Assembly: GCA_028696945.1 (NCBI GenBank)
Contig: JAQVGD010000001.1
Coordinates: 1-59,990, forward strand
Direction: 5' to 3'
DNA: 59,990 nt
Source: Lutibacter sp.
GTDB lineage: Bacteria > Bacteroidota > Bacteroidia > Flavobacteriales > Flavobacteriaceae
Part shown: positions 48,642 to 59,052 of the stretch, one piece after another
How the letters are laid out: each line of letters starts with the position of its first letter
Numbering within the stretch: position 1 is the stretch's first letter
Program-made: the position numbers and the translations under genes
Notes under the pieces: generated by a model
What the model saw: only the letters and a program-made list of their open reading frames with translations
Database searches by the model: none
What the model was told of the DNA's origin: nothing

Positions 48642-49778
48642 ACTTAACGCTTGGTCTAAATCGGTCAATAAATCCTCAATATCTTCAATTCCAACACTTA
48701 AACGTATCAACGAATCCACTACGCCTGTTTTTTCGCGTTCGGCTTTTGGGATTGATGCGTGTGTCATACTTGCTGGATGACCAGATAAAGATTCCACGCC
48801 TCCCAATGATTCAGCTAAAGTGAACAATTTTAAGTTTTCCAGTATTTTAAACGCATCTTTAATGTTATTTCCTTTGGTAACAAAAGAAACCATTCCACCA
48901 AAGTCTTTCATTTGCTTTTTGGCGATGTCATGGTTTGGATGATTTTCAAATCCAGGCCAATATACTTTTTCAATTTTTGGGTGTTTTGCCAAATATTCAG
49001 CCACCGCTTTCCCGTTTTCACAATGACGCTGCATGCGCACATGCAAGGTTTTTATGCCTCTTAATACTAAGAAACTGTCCATCGGTCCACAAACGGCACC
49101 GCAAGAATTTTGAACAAAATACAGTTTGTCAGCCAGCGTTTTATCATTTACAACTAAAGCACCCATCACAGAATCGGAATGACCTCCCAAATATTTTGTT
49201 GCCGAATGCATCACAATATCTGCACCCAAATCCAATGGATTTTGCAAATAAGGCGTTGCAAAAGTATTGTCCACCGCCAATAAAATTTTATGTTTTTTGG
49301 CAACTGATGAAACCGCAACGATATCAATGATATTCATCATTGGATTGGTAGGTGTTTCAACCCAAATCAATTTTGTTTTTTCAGAAATATAGCGCTCAAT
49401 ATTAGCGGTATTTTCCATTCCAATAAAATGAAATTTAATGCCGTAATTTTCAAATATTTTTGTGAATATCCTGTAAGAACCACCATACAAATCGTTGGTG
49501 GAAATAACTTCATCTCCCGGACTTAATAACTTTAGCACACAATCAATCGCCGCCAATCCTGAACCAAATGCAAGTCCGAATTTCCCGTTTTCAATACTGG
49601 CAAAAGCATTTTCAACCGCAGTTCGCGTTGGATTTGCAGTTCTTGAATATTCGTAACCTTTATGAACGCCAGGTGAAGTTTGTGCGTAAGTAGAAGTCTG
49701 ATATATTGGTGGCATAACCGCTCCAGTTGAAGGATCGTGCGCTTGGTTTCCGTGGATGGTTTTAGTATTAAATTTCAT
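48633..49778 (-). CDS. Cystathionine gamma-synthase/gamma-lyase
   Basis: YSRTANP, ETPTNP, DNTF, HSATKYLGGHSD (PLP Lys), AESLGGVES, RLSVGIE. Confidence 0.93.
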   Translation of the reverse strand: MKFNTKTIHGNQAHDPSTGAVMPPIYQTSTYAQTSPGVHKGYEYSRTANPTRTAVENAFASIENGKFGLAFGSGLAAIDCVLKLLSPGDEVISTNDLYGGSYRIFTKIFENYGIKFHFIGMENTANIERYISEKTKLIWVETPTNPMMNIIDIVAVSSVAKKHKILLAVDNTFATPYLQNPLDLGADIVMHSATKYLGGHSDSVMGALVVNDKTLADKLYFVQNSCGAVCGPMDSFLVLRGIKTLHVRMQRHCENGKAVAEYLAKHPKIEKVYWPGFENHPNHDIAKKQMKDFGGMVSFVTKGNNIKDAFKILENLKLFTLAESLGGVESLSGHPASMTHASIPKAEREKTGVVDSLIRLSVGIEDIEDLLTDLDQALSLI

Positions 49779-49952
49779 AGATAAAAGATTATTTGTTTAT
49801 TTCTGCAAGCTCCAAAAAATTAGTTAGTTAAGCTTGCCTTGTATGACACTTTAGCGTGCTTATTTTCTGTTGCAAAAGTACCATATTATAGCTCAATTTC
49901 ATCAAAAAGGCCAATATTATTTAGTTTTGGTTTAATTCATCTATTAAAAGAT

Positions 49953-50438
49953 TTAAACAAATTTCATCAATTGAAGAATAATTCCTAAGTGGATTCCTTC
50001 ATGATAGGTATTGAAAATGATACCATCTTCAATAGAATTCAACGTAATATCTACACTTGTTTTGTATTCCCTGTAATTTTTGAAAATTCCCTTGTGGTAA
50101 TCCTCTTCCAACTGCAAAGGCAATTGCAAAAATTGTTTTTTTATCGTCTCAAATTCCTCTTTTGAAATGGGGTGGTTTGGCGCAGTTCCTTTTTGAAAAT
50201 TAGCAATCATTTCTTCTGAAACCAAGCAATTCAAGCCAGATAATTGATAACATAAAAGTTGTTGGGTTACTGCCAAATGGGCAATATTCCATACAATGTT
50301 ATTTTTAAATCCTTGCGGAATTTTATTTAATTGTTCATTTGAAAGATTTTCGGTTATCTTTAAAATTAGTTGCCTCATTTTTAAAAGGATCTCAAAGTTT
50401 TTCTGCATTATATTATTTTTTTTGTTAATAGTTTTCAA
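49953..50438 (-). CDS. DinB family protein
   Basis: NNIVWNIAH...HEGIHLG; true start probably at MQKNF. Confidence 0.85.
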   Translation of the reverse strand: MKTINKKNNIMQKNFEILLKMRQLILKITENLSNEQLNKIPQGFKNNIVWNIAHLAVTQQLLCYQLSGLNCLVSEEMIANFQKGTAPNHPISKEEFETIKKQFLQLPLQLEEDYHKGIFKNYREYKTSVDITLNSIEDGIIFNTYHEGIHLGIILQLMKFV

Positions 50439-50485
50439 ATTTAAAATAAAAACACATTAATTTTACGAATTAGCCTCTTTATAAA

Positions 50486-50821
50486 ATGAAAAAAATATAT
50501 TACCTAAAAACCTGCGATACCTGCAGAAGAATTTTAAAAGAAATGGACACTTCCGAATTTATTTTTCAGGAAATTAAAACAGAACCAATTACCGCAAAAC
50601 AATTAGATGAATTGTTTGCACTAACCAAAAATTATGAAGTTTTATTTAGCCGAGGTGCAAAAAAATATAGGGAAATGGACTTAAAAAGTCGGCAATTAGC
50701 AGAAAAAGACTACCGACAATTGATTTTGGATGAATACACTTTTTTAAAACGCCCCGTTATTATTAACGGCAATGAAGTTTATGTGGGAAATACCAAAAAA
50801 AGAGTCGATATTTTTAAATAG
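50486..50821 (+). CDS. ArsC/Spx/YffB family protein
   Basis: CDTCR, LKRPV. Confidence 0.85.
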   Translation: MKKIYYLKTCDTCRRILKEMDTSEFIFQEIKTEPITAKQLDELFALTKNYEVLFSRGAKKYREMDLKSRQLAEKDYRQLILDEYTFLKRPVIINGNEVYVGNTKKRVDIFK

Positions 50822-51078
50822 TATTCAATAATTAAAATTTTTATGCGTTAATCTAATAGAATTCCTCGAGTTTCTGTCTCAGGTTTCGCAGAAAAGTAAA
50901 AAATCATAGGTTTTTATCGAACTAAAAATTCATTTTTTTCTGCTTGATACTTAAATGACTCCGCGTCGGAATAGTTCATTAAAATAAATGTTATTATTTT
51001 TTCTAAATGTAACATTTGTCATACAATATATTTATAAATAAACGTATATTCATCCCTTATTAAACAATCTGAATAATT

Positions 51079-51942
51079 ATGAGAAAAAATTTATTATTAT
51101 TGGCTGCCATTGTTATGGCGACAAGTGCAAGCGCGCAATTTTATATATCTGCTAGCGGTGGTTACTCACTTCCTAGTGCAGGTATGAAATTAGGAGAAGA
51201 AGTTTCTACAACAAAAACAACTAATTACTATGGAAGTTATGGTGAAGGAGCAAATTTTCAATTTAGAGGTGGTTACTTTTTTAATGAAACATTTGGTCTT
51301 GAAGCTAGTTTAGGTTATTTACACGGTGCTGACCAAACTATTCAAGATGTAAAATTACCAACACAAGAAGTTGATGCTGTGGCAAGAGCTAGAGCATTTG
51401 GGTTTTCAACATCTATTGTTTATAATTTTACGAAGAACATTTATGGTCGTTTTGGAGCGGTTGTAAAAGTTGGAGGAAAAACAGAGGCTGTAGTTTATAG
51501 TAAAGAAGTTTTTTCTGACGGTAAAGCAGCTGCTTTAGGTTTGCCTTCAGGTTCTTATTCTGAAACAGAATATATTGAAGATTACCACGGAGAACTTCCT
51601 TTAGGATTTACAGGTGCTTTTGGTTATAAATATGATATTGGTAAAAACCTTAATTTATTTATTGAAGCTGAGTATATAGGAATTAGTGTTAAAAGAAAAG
51701 ATTCTGAAATTCAAGAGTTTAATACAGACATTATGTTACCTGACGGTACAGTTGCAGTTGCTGGATATTATTCTTTAAATAATTTACCTCCTGGATATGT
51801 GATTAAAACTAATTATGAAGATGACGTAGCTCATACCGAAACTGATCCTTCAATTGAATTATCTCAAAAAGTGCCTTACTCATCTTTTGGGATTAATGTT
51901 GGTATTACATATACTTTTGGTAAAAAAGCAACTAAAAAATAA
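51079..51942 (+). CDS. Outer-membrane beta-barrel protein
   Basis: Signal peptide, GSYGEG, GYFF, GINVGITYTF. Confidence 0.8.
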   Translation: MRKNLLLLAAIVMATSASAQFYISASGGYSLPSAGMKLGEEVSTTKTTNYYGSYGEGANFQFRGGYFFNETFGLEASLGYLHGADQTIQDVKLPTQEVDAVARARAFGFSTSIVYNFTKNIYGRFGAVVKVGGKTEAVVYSKEVFSDGKAAALGLPSGSYSETEYIEDYHGELPLGFTGAFGYKYDIGKNLNLFIEAEYIGISVKRKDSEIQEFNTDIMLPDGTVAVAGYYSLNNLPPGYVIKTNYEDDVAHTETDPSIELSQKVPYSSFGINVGITYTFGKKATKK

Positions 51943-51964
51943 AGAGAATTTATTATTTTATAAA

Positions 51965-52000
51965 ATAGAGCCGTTTAAAATTAATTTTAAACGGCTTTAT
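51965..52000. terminator. Bidirectional terminator
   Basis: atagagccgtttaaaa-ttaa-ttttaaacggctttat. Confidence 0.8.
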
Positions 52001-52014
52001 TATGTCTTAACTTT

Positions 52015-52488
52015 TTAATTGGACGAAATCTTCATCGCAGAATTTTCAATAATTTTATTAAAATCACTTTCCGATATATTCGTTTTTAATCCCAGCACCA
52101 CAAAATCATTATCGCTTTTAACTTTTAACACAATTTCCCTAATCGCATTTTTATGCTGTAAAAGATATAATTGAACTTTATCGCCATTTTGTTTTATACT
52201 AAAAATTGTTTCATAGTTTTTTTGTTTGATAAACCGCTCAAACTTTCTGTCTAAAGACGTTGACGCATCTGAAAAGATCATCACTTTATAATGTTTCACT
52301 TTTTTAAACAACGCTTTATATTCCCCAACATCCTCTTTTGGTATAAACAAATTCGCAATAAATGCAGGTGAACTTATTGAAAACTCACATTCCTCTTTAT
52401 TTTCTTCATAAAAAGAATTAAAAGATGATTTTGATGCACAAGAAGCTAATACTAGTGCTGTTACTAAAATTAAGAGACTATTTTTCAT
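52015..52488 (-). CDS. DUF4252-like lipoprotein
   Basis: Lipobox LASC; YETIFSIK..G.KV and IREIVL patterns. Confidence 0.65.
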   Translation of the reverse strand: MKNSLLILVTALVLASCASKSSFNSFYEENKEECEFSISSPAFIANLFIPKEDVGEYKALFKKVKHYKVMIFSDASTSLDRKFERFIKQKNYETIFSIKQNGDKVQLYLLQHKNAIREIVLKVKSDNDFVVLGLKTNISESDFNKIIENSAMKISSN

Positions 52489-52622
52489 AAAAAAGAGTAT
52501 TTAAACTATGACGATTAAATTCCCTTTTTGTAACATTTTTATTATCATTTTAAATTGTGTTCATACGAATTGCTTTTTGCATAAAACTTTCCTCTAAGAA
52601 AATAAAATATTCCTCAAACAAT

Positions 52623-53705
52623 TCAGTCCTTGTTTTCAGTAAACATATTGTGTGTTTTTAAATAAGATTCTACACGTAAAGAAGCATTTTCCCTAATATC
52701 TTCCCAAAATAAATTAATATCTCCTTTATGATATCGCTTTTTGCCCAAAGCCAACAATCTGTATGGAAAATGAGGCAAACTAACCCACAACAAACCATCT
52801 TTTACATACACTTGTAGTGCTTGGGTATATAATTTATCGTTGGTAAATAAAAATCCTTTGTGTTCTGCATGCTCAGATTCACTGCTATTGTCCCAATCAA
52901 CGGGGTTGGAAACTTCCGCTCCTTTATACCATTGCTTATAAGTTTTTGGATAATAATTCTTTTTGAAGGTGTTCCAAGTTACAAATCCATTAGTTTGTGT
53001 TGGATTTGTCATAAATTCAATGGTTTCAAACGTATTTTTTTTAATGGCAATTCCTGGAATATACGCGACAACCAACTGATTTTGTAAAAGTTTTCCATCA
53101 AAAAAATCTTTCAAAAGCCGAATTGCATGAGTAGTTCCCTGACTATGAGAAGCAATAATTATTGGTCTTCCATGATTGTACTTTTCCAAATAGGTTTTAA
53201 AAGCTTCTTTAACATCGCCGTAAGCCAAACTTAAAGCTTCTTTTCCTCCTTTTTCAAACTGAGAATAAGATCTTAAATGTGCCTGCCTGTAATAAGGAAC
53301 ATACAATTTTCCAGCATTTAAAAATGCAGATGCCTGAAAATAAACTGCTTTGTTAATTACTTTAATATTTTGAATGGAATCTGTTACTGGCACATTCCAT
53401 CTTAAATCTTTTTTTTCATTATTTAAGGTCGGGTAAATATAGAAGACATCTGCAACTAAAACTTCTGAATTTGTTTGCCAGTGTTTTAAATTTTCAGGAT
53501 AAGCATCTGGCAAAACAGCCCAAGATGCCACTTTGTCATAATTTGGCGATACTGGTGGTTGTTGGGAAGAAAAAGCAGGCACCATAGCACTTTTACAGCT
53601 GCCTAAAAGAATAAGTGCCGTAAAAAAAAGTGCGATTACAGCACTTTTTAAAACCTGTTTAAAAGGACTTTTATTTTTTATACAACATAGGATTTGTGTC
53701 GGCAT
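52623..53705 (-). CDS. DUF3089 alpha/beta hydrolase lipoprotein
   Basis: DVFYIYPT, PYYRQ, GRPIIIASHSQG, YH..D; lipobox LGSC, so the true start is probably downstream of 53705. Confidence 0.85.
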   Translation of the reverse strand: MPTQILCCIKNKSPFKQVLKSAVIALFFTALILLGSCKSAMVPAFSSQQPPVSPNYDKVASWAVLPDAYPENLKHWQTNSEVLVADVFYIYPTLNNEKKDLRWNVPVTDSIQNIKVINKAVYFQASAFLNAGKLYVPYYRQAHLRSYSQFEKGGKEALSLAYGDVKEAFKTYLEKYNHGRPIIIASHSQGTTHAIRLLKDFFDGKLLQNQLVVAYIPGIAIKKNTFETIEFMTNPTQTNGFVTWNTFKKNYYPKTYKQWYKGAEVSNPVDWDNSSESEHAEHKGFLFTNDKLYTQALQVYVKDGLLWVSLPHFPYRLLALGKKRYHKGDINLFWEDIRENASLRVESYLKTHNMFTENKD

Positions 53706-54270
53706 CGTTATACATTTTCATTTGTTTATATACTTTTACGTATTTTTCTCCTGTGGCAAAATCGTTTAATAAATCGTCAATTGCTGAGGATAAATCCACT
53801 CTTTGTTCTAACAAAACATTCAGTTTTTCCTGACATTTTTCCCTGTGTTCTTCGGAAGCCGTTTCACGTGTGGCTTCTTCACGCATATGATAAATCTTTA
53901 AAGCTAAAATAGACAATCGGTCAATTGCCCAAGCAGGCGTTTCAGAATTAATTTTAGCGCCTTCCTTTACTTTTACATCTTTGAATTTATTCAAAAAATA
54001 ACTGTCGATATATTCAACCATATCGGTTCTATCCTGATTGGAAGCATCAATTTTTCTCTTTAATGCCAAAGCTTCTATCGGATCAATATTGGGTAGGCGA
54101 ATAATGTCTTCATAATGCCATTGCACGGTATCTATCCAATTTTTTCGGTACAATAAATGTTCAAAAGATTTGGAATCAAACGGATTTTCATAAGGCTGAT
54201 CTACTTCATCAATAATATGGTATTTCTTAATTACTTCATCAAAAAGTTGGTTGTATTGGGCTGCGCTCAT
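53671..54270 (-). CDS. DUF4254 protein
   Basis: WIDTVQWHYED, KRKIDASNQDR, ETPAWAIDRLSILALKIYHM, YKQMKMYND. Confidence 0.88.
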   Translation of the reverse strand: MSAAQYNQLFDEVIKKYHIIDEVDQPYENPFDSKSFEHLLYRKNWIDTVQWHYEDIIRLPNIDPIEALALKRKIDASNQDRTDMVEYIDSYFLNKFKDVKVKEGAKINSETPAWAIDRLSILALKIYHMREEATRETASEEHREKCQEKLNVLLEQRVDLSSAIDDLLNDFATGEKYVKVYKQMKMYNDADTNPMLYKK

Positions 54271-55268
54271 AATTGTTTTTCTAAAATGTGTAAATATTCA
54301 ACTGTTGAAGTTGCTTTATGGTTTCTATTTTCTGTTTTATCGGCTTTAAATCGCTGATAATCGGTTGTTTTCAAACTGTATTTTCCGTAGGTTGACATCA
54401 CGCTTTTCACTTCATCTTCCGTCATTAAACCTTCATTGTTGTAACTTAAAAAAATGTATTTAAAGTTAGCATTTTTTATCAATTCTTCAAAAGAATTTTT
54501 GACTTCATTTTTTTTGCAATAGGAAGAGCGGTAATAAGTCCGCAAACCTGTTTTTCCTTGGGGTTTAAACGAATCGTATTTTGCAATGGTGTTTAACAAA
54601 TGATAATTTGAACCATATTGTCGCCTGTTATAAGGCGGATCCAAGTATAAAATATCTCCTTTTATTTCTTTGATTAATGCGTTGCTATCAGCATTAAAAA
54701 CCTGATGTTTGTTGTTGTTTAGCGTAAATAACGCAGGTTTTAAAATCATGTCTTTTTGGGCCGATTTTTTGATTCTTTTTAAATAAGCACCATAAACCGA
54801 TGCGGTATTTGCAACTTTGTCGGCACTTTCAATTAAGGATGCCAGCAAAAAATAATATTCATCTTCTGTGATTTCATCGGCATTTTTCCAGCTTTCAATT
54901 TGTTGACGGATGGCATCAATTTTTTTGCCGTTTTCTGAAGAAAAATACAAGCGTCCCTCATTCCCGTTTTCGCTGTAATTGTGAAATACGAATCCTTCCG
55001 ATTCCTTTAAATTATTTAGGAAATTAAGGTGTTCTTCAAACATTAACGATTGATGGTTCCCTATATAATTCCGATTCAGCACATAACTGTAAAATTCAAC
55101 ATCATTGGCAATTACCTGCTTCACTAAAGGTTTAAAAGTACGTCCAATACTACCAGTTCCGGCAAATAAATCGCAAAACACCAAGTTCGACAAATCGCTT
55201 CCAACTGTGTTGATGATGGCATCTTTTAAAAAAGAAGAAAGTCTGTGCTTAGAACCTATATAATTCAC
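54267..55268 (-). CDS. N6-adenine DNA methyltransferase, M.NlaIII/M.HpyI-like
   Basis: GTG start, MNYIGSK, DLFAGTG, DKVANTASVYGA, LYLDPPYN.RQY, FLSYNNEG, RFKADK. Confidence 0.9.
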   Translation of the reverse strand: MNYIGSKHRLSSFLKDAIINTVGSDLSNLVFCDLFAGTGSIGRTFKPLVKQVIANDVEFYSYVLNRNYIGNHQSLMFEEHLNFLNNLKESEGFVFHNYSENGNEGRLYFSSENGKKIDAIRQQIESWKNADEITEDEYYFLLASLIESADKVANTASVYGAYLKRIKKSAQKDMILKPALFTLNNNKHQVFNADSNALIKEIKGDILYLDPPYNRRQYGSNYHLLNTIAKYDSFKPQGKTGLRTYYRSSYCKKNEVKNSFEELIKNANFKYIFLSYNNEGLMTEDEVKSVMSTYGKYSLKTTDYQRFKADKTENRNHKATSTVEYLHILEKQL

Positions 55269-55298
55269 AATATTGATATATGATGTATGATTTTTAAT

Positions 55299-55426
55299 CC
55301 TATCCCCAACCCTTTCCCAAGGAAAGGGAGTTTGTTTTGATCTAAATTCAAAATATTTAATTTATTTATTGTTAATTGAACATCAACTTTTAACCTTTAT
55401 TATTCCCCCTTTGGGGGTTAGGGGGC
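55299..55426. repeat. Inverted pair of C/G-rich REP-like elements
   Basis: cctatccccaaccctttcccaaggaaagggag (55299-55330) and tccccctttgggggttagggggc (55404-55426). Confidence 0.65.
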
Positions 55427-55429
55427 GTT

Positions 55430-56065
55430 TTATTGAATTGCCCAAATAATATCGGCATAAACAATGTTGTTTTCAAAAGTAAAGCTGTGAAGCTTCGACT
55501 GGTCAAAATTAAGCAAATAAGCTGAGATTAGCTCCTTTAACCAAGCAATTTCAGCTTTTAATTTCCAATGTGCATCTTCTTCTTGATAATTTACCAAAAC
55601 AATAAAAAGTCGGTTTTTATGATGTTTTCTTTGTTGCTGGCTCTGATTTTTATACAACCACGCAATTAATTCACTTTTATGCAAAATTCCGTAAGGAACT
55701 GATTTCCCAAACCCTTTCGGGAAAACGGTGGTTTTATGGTCAAAAGGAATGTTTTGAATATAAAAATCGGTAAATTTATCAAATGAATCAAAATGTGGTT
55801 TTACGTTTTCATGCTCGCAAAAAATGCTTTCAACGCCTTTTGCTGACCAAAAGTTAAACCATCTGTTTAAAGCGTAATTCTTTAAATCCTTATGTTTTGG
55901 ATGGTTTTTAAACGTTAATTCAATTTTTTTTAAAAGCGCGTCAAAGGATTCCGTTTTGTAAATAAAATTTGTTTCTTTGTCAAATTCATCGTCCTGCTTT
56001 TTACCCCAAAAATAGTCGAGTTTTGTTCTTTTTTTAAGTTCTTTTTCTAGCAAAAAGTAATTCAT
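55430..56065 (-). CDS. Hypothetical protein, possible PD-(D/E)xK nuclease
   Basis: Likely start ATG 56065; E...TDFYIQNIPFDHKTT; directly upstream of the MTase. Confidence 0.6.
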   Translation of the reverse strand: MNYFLLEKELKKRTKLDYFWGKKQDDEFDKETNFIYKTESFDALLKKIELTFKNHPKHKDLKNYALNRWFNFWSAKGVESIFCEHENVKPHFDSFDKFTDFYIQNIPFDHKTTVFPKGFGKSVPYGILHKSELIAWLYKNQSQQQRKHHKNRLFIVLVNYQEEDAHWKLKAEIAWLKELISAYLLNFDQSKLHSFTFENNIVYADIIWAIQ

Positions 56066-56130
56066 AGATTTATGTTTATATGAACAGTTTGTTGTGATAC
56101 CCAATAACAAAACGTCTTTACGAATATAAC

Positions 56131-56256
56131 GCAGTGAAATGAAGCAATCTGTCTCTTGTTAAAGTTACTGCACCTGTTGAATTAGAGGTAAACACATAAC
56201 ATGAAATTGCTTCGGCACTTACCTTCACTCCGTTCAGAAACTTTCTCGCAATGACG
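56131..56256. repeat. Degenerate gtcattgcgag/gaagcaatct-type inverted-repeat element
   Basis: gaagcaatct ... attgcttcg ... ctcgcaatgac. Confidence 0.55.
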
Positions 56257-56260
56257 AAAA

Positions 56261-57001
56261 TTATAAAAATTTGCGCTCAATTAAATTGATTAACCGTTGT
56301 TCAAATTCTTCTTTGTTGCTCCAGTCGTAATCGGGTTTTACAAATTCCTCAATAAAATTTATGGCTTCTTCTTGTGTTTTAAAGGAGTTTAACTGAGACA
56401 CTACTCGGTTGAAATCCTGCTGACTTCCATCAAATAATTGATTTACAAAAGCGATGCGGTCATTTAAGCCGACTTGTATGTTATTTTTAAACAAAGCATC
56501 GTTTAAGGAACGCTTTTTGTTTTCCTGTTTTTCTGTAGTTTTTTCTTCAATTACTGGATTTTCTTTGGTGGCTCTTTCAAACAATTCAGTTGCAACATCA
56601 GCTGAAATGGCATCTTTAAACTCATCTTCCAAAGAAATTTGAAGCGAATAACTTTTTTTTGCCGTCTCTTCTACTATGGTATCTCCTTCATTAAACAATT
56701 CTTCCATTTTGGCTTCCAAAAACGCCTCTTTTTCCTCAGCTTCTTCTTTAATTTCAAGACTCACAGTACTTTCGAGCTTTATTTCTTCAACCCCTGCATT
56801 TTGAACAGTATCTACAATTTCTTCTTTAGGCTGAGAAGAATTTGGCATTTTATCGATATAATTTTCAACAAATCGCAACACCGTCAATTTTTCATAAATG
56901 TCAAGTGCTTTTTTATGCAATACATTTATATCATCTTTATTTTTCATTTGCAAAATGCCATTTGCCAAACTTACCAATTCGGCTTCTAATTTTTTGTGCA
57001 T
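56261..57001 (-). CDS. Conserved hypothetical protein
   Basis: MHKKLEAELVSLA, acidic linker, GLNDRIAFVNQLF, KPDY.W. Confidence 0.8.
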   Translation of the reverse strand: MHKKLEAELVSLANGILQMKNKDDINVLHKKALDIYEKLTVLRFVENYIDKMPNSSQPKEEIVDTVQNAGVEEIKLESTVSLEIKEEAEEKEAFLEAKMEELFNEGDTIVEETAKKSYSLQISLEDEFKDAISADVATELFERATKENPVIEEKTTEKQENKKRSLNDALFKNNIQVGLNDRIAFVNQLFDGSQQDFNRVVSQLNSFKTQEEAINFIEEFVKPDYDWSNKEEFEQRLINLIERKFL

Positions 57002-57173
57002 AAGTTGACGTGTTAAATGAGTGTTGCTGTTTAATTTTTAATAAATTTGTACCATGTTAAAATCGTAAAATACGAAATGATTTTACAAAAACGAATGTAA
57101 AAAAATATAACAATATTTTCATTGCATTTATTTTAAAAAAAATACAATAACCTTTCAAGCGTGAAATTACAAA

Positions 57174-57788
57174 ATGTTTCTTGAAAATACAGTAAATCAT
57201 AACGAACAATTTGGCTGGATTGAGGTAATTTGTGGCTCTATGTTTTCGGGCAAAACGGAAGAATTGATTCGCAGACTGAAAAGAGCTCAATTTGCAAAAC
57301 AAAAAGTGGAGATTTTTAAACCTGCCATTGATATTAGGTATGACATAGAAAAGGTAATTTCCCATGATGCCAATGAAATACGATCTACACCTGTTCCTTC
57401 TTCGGCAAATATCAGACTTTTAGCCAGTGATGTTGACGTTGTTGGAATTGATGAAGCCCAATTTTTTGATGATGAAATTGTGGCTGTTTGCAACGATTTG
57501 GCCAATAGAGGCGTTCGCGTTATTGTTGCTGGTTTGGATATGGATTTTAAAGGAAATCCGTTTGGACCAATGCCAGCACTTATGGCAACTGCGGAATATG
57601 TGACCAAGGTTCATGCCGTTTGTACAAGAACGGGAAATTTAGCGCATTACAGTCATAGAACTGCCGCCAGTGAAGAACTTGTTTTGCTGGGAGAAACCCA
57701 AGAATACGAACCTTTAAGCCGTTCGGCCTACTATAAAGCTATGATGGAAGAAAAACTCAAAAAAGCCAAAGAAAAGAATGGGAAATAA
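57174..57788 (+). CDS. tdk: Thymidine kinase
   Basis: [23 protein letters not shown]. Confidence 0.96.
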   Translation: MFLENTVNHNEQFGWIEVICGSMFSGKTEELIRRLKRAQFAKQKVEIFKPAIDIRYDIEKVISHDANEIRSTPVPSSANIRLLASDVDVVGIDEAQFFDDEIVAVCNDLANRGVRVIVAGLDMDFKGNPFGPMPALMATAEYVTKVHAVCTRTGNLAHYSHRTAASEELVLLGETQEYEPLSRSAYYKAMMEEKLKKAKEKNGK

Positions 57789-58881
57789 CCACGTTACTGC
57801 CCTTGAAATTAATTTGAATGCCATTGAACACAATTTAAACGCATTTAAATCGAGATTGCTTCCCAAAACAAAGGTGTTAGCTGTGGTAAAAGCATTTGGC
57901 TATGGCAGCAGTGCTGTTGAAATTGCCAAATTTCTGGAATCAAAAGTTGCCTATTTTGCTGTTGCTTATTTAAATGAAGGCATTGCATTAAGAAAAGCTG
58001 GAATTAAAACCCCTATTTTGGTGTTGCATCCGCAGAAAATAAATCTGGAGGAAATTATTAAATTGAACCTGGAGCCTAACATTTATTCCATCACAATTTT
58101 AAAAGCCGTTATTGACGCAGCAAAAAGTTTAAAAGTTCAGCATTATCCAATTCATATTAAATTCAATACGGGTTTAAACCGATTAGGATTCACAAAAAAG
58201 GAAATTCCTGAAATTTTAGCCTTGGTTAAAAATCAAAAAGAAGTTGTTGTCGCTTCCGTTTTTTCACATATTGCAGCCAGTGAAGATTTAAATGAACGCG
58301 CGTTTACTTTGCAGCAAATAAACACGTTTAAAGAAATTTCAAACCATCTTATTCCTCAACTTCCTACAAAACCGTTTCTGCATATGTTAAACACTTCAGG
58401 AATTATAAATTATGCTGCTGAAGCGCAGTTTGATATGGTTCGTCTGGGAATTGGCTTGTATGGCTTTGCAAATGATGAAGCCGAAACTGCCAAACTTAAA
58501 AATGCGATTTCCTTAAAGTCGATTATTTCACAAATTAATACTATAGAAAAAGGGAATACTGTAGGTTATAACCGTGCATTTAAAGCTAATGAAACCGTAA
58601 AAACCGCCACCATTCCCATTGGTCATGCCGATGGAATTTCGCGAAAATTTGGAAATGGCATTGGTTATGTTTACATCAACAACAAAAAAGCACCCATTGT
58701 TGGCAATGTTTGTATGGATATGATTATGGTTAATGTATCCGATATCAACTGCCAAGAAGGCGATGAAGTCCTTATTTTCAAAGATCAATTGCATGTTGAA
58801 GATTTGGCAAAAAGAGCGAATACCATTTCTTATGAATTGCTTACCGCCATTTCACAGCGCGTAAAAAGAGTTGTAAAATAG
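57778..58881 (+). CDS. alr: Alanine racemase
   Basis: [36 protein letters not shown]. Confidence 0.93.
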   Translation: MGNNHVTALEINLNAIEHNLNAFKSRLLPKTKVLAVVKAFGYGSSAVEIAKFLESKVAYFAVAYLNEGIALRKAGIKTPILVLHPQKINLEEIIKLNLEPNIYSITILKAVIDAAKSLKVQHYPIHIKFNTGLNRLGFTKKEIPEILALVKNQKEVVVASVFSHIAASEDLNERAFTLQQINTFKEISNHLIPQLPTKPFLHMLNTSGIINYAAEAQFDMVRLGIGLYGFANDEAETAKLKNAISLKSIISQINTIEKGNTVGYNRAFKANETVKTATIPIGHADGISRKFGNGIGYVYINNKKAPIVGNVCMDMIMVNVSDINCQEGDEVLIFKDQLHVEDLAKRANTISYELLTAISQRVKRVVK

Positions 58882-58918
58882 CCTTGCAATAACATAGCAA
58901 TTCCATTAAAAATAATAG

Positions 58919-59052
58919 TTTGGGCATTCCCCCGCCGAAAAGGCGGGGTCGGGTTTTCCGCTGCAATCCGTCATTGCGAGCGCGTGGCAATCTATTGAAC
59001 ATATTACTTCACAAACTCGCAATGCCGGGATTTCCACTGCAACCCCTAATGC
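58919..59052 (+). repeat. Dispersed structured repeat / ncRNA candidate, copy 2 (Flavo-1-like)
   Basis: ccccgcc-gaaaa-ggcgggg hairpin, cattgcgag/ctcgcaatg stem, terminal gcatt/aatgc pairing. Confidence 0.75.

Noticed and set aside
50855-50980. Possible decayed repeat between the arsC-like gene and the OM barrel gene
   Set aside because: Too degenerate to define ends or find a second copy in the window
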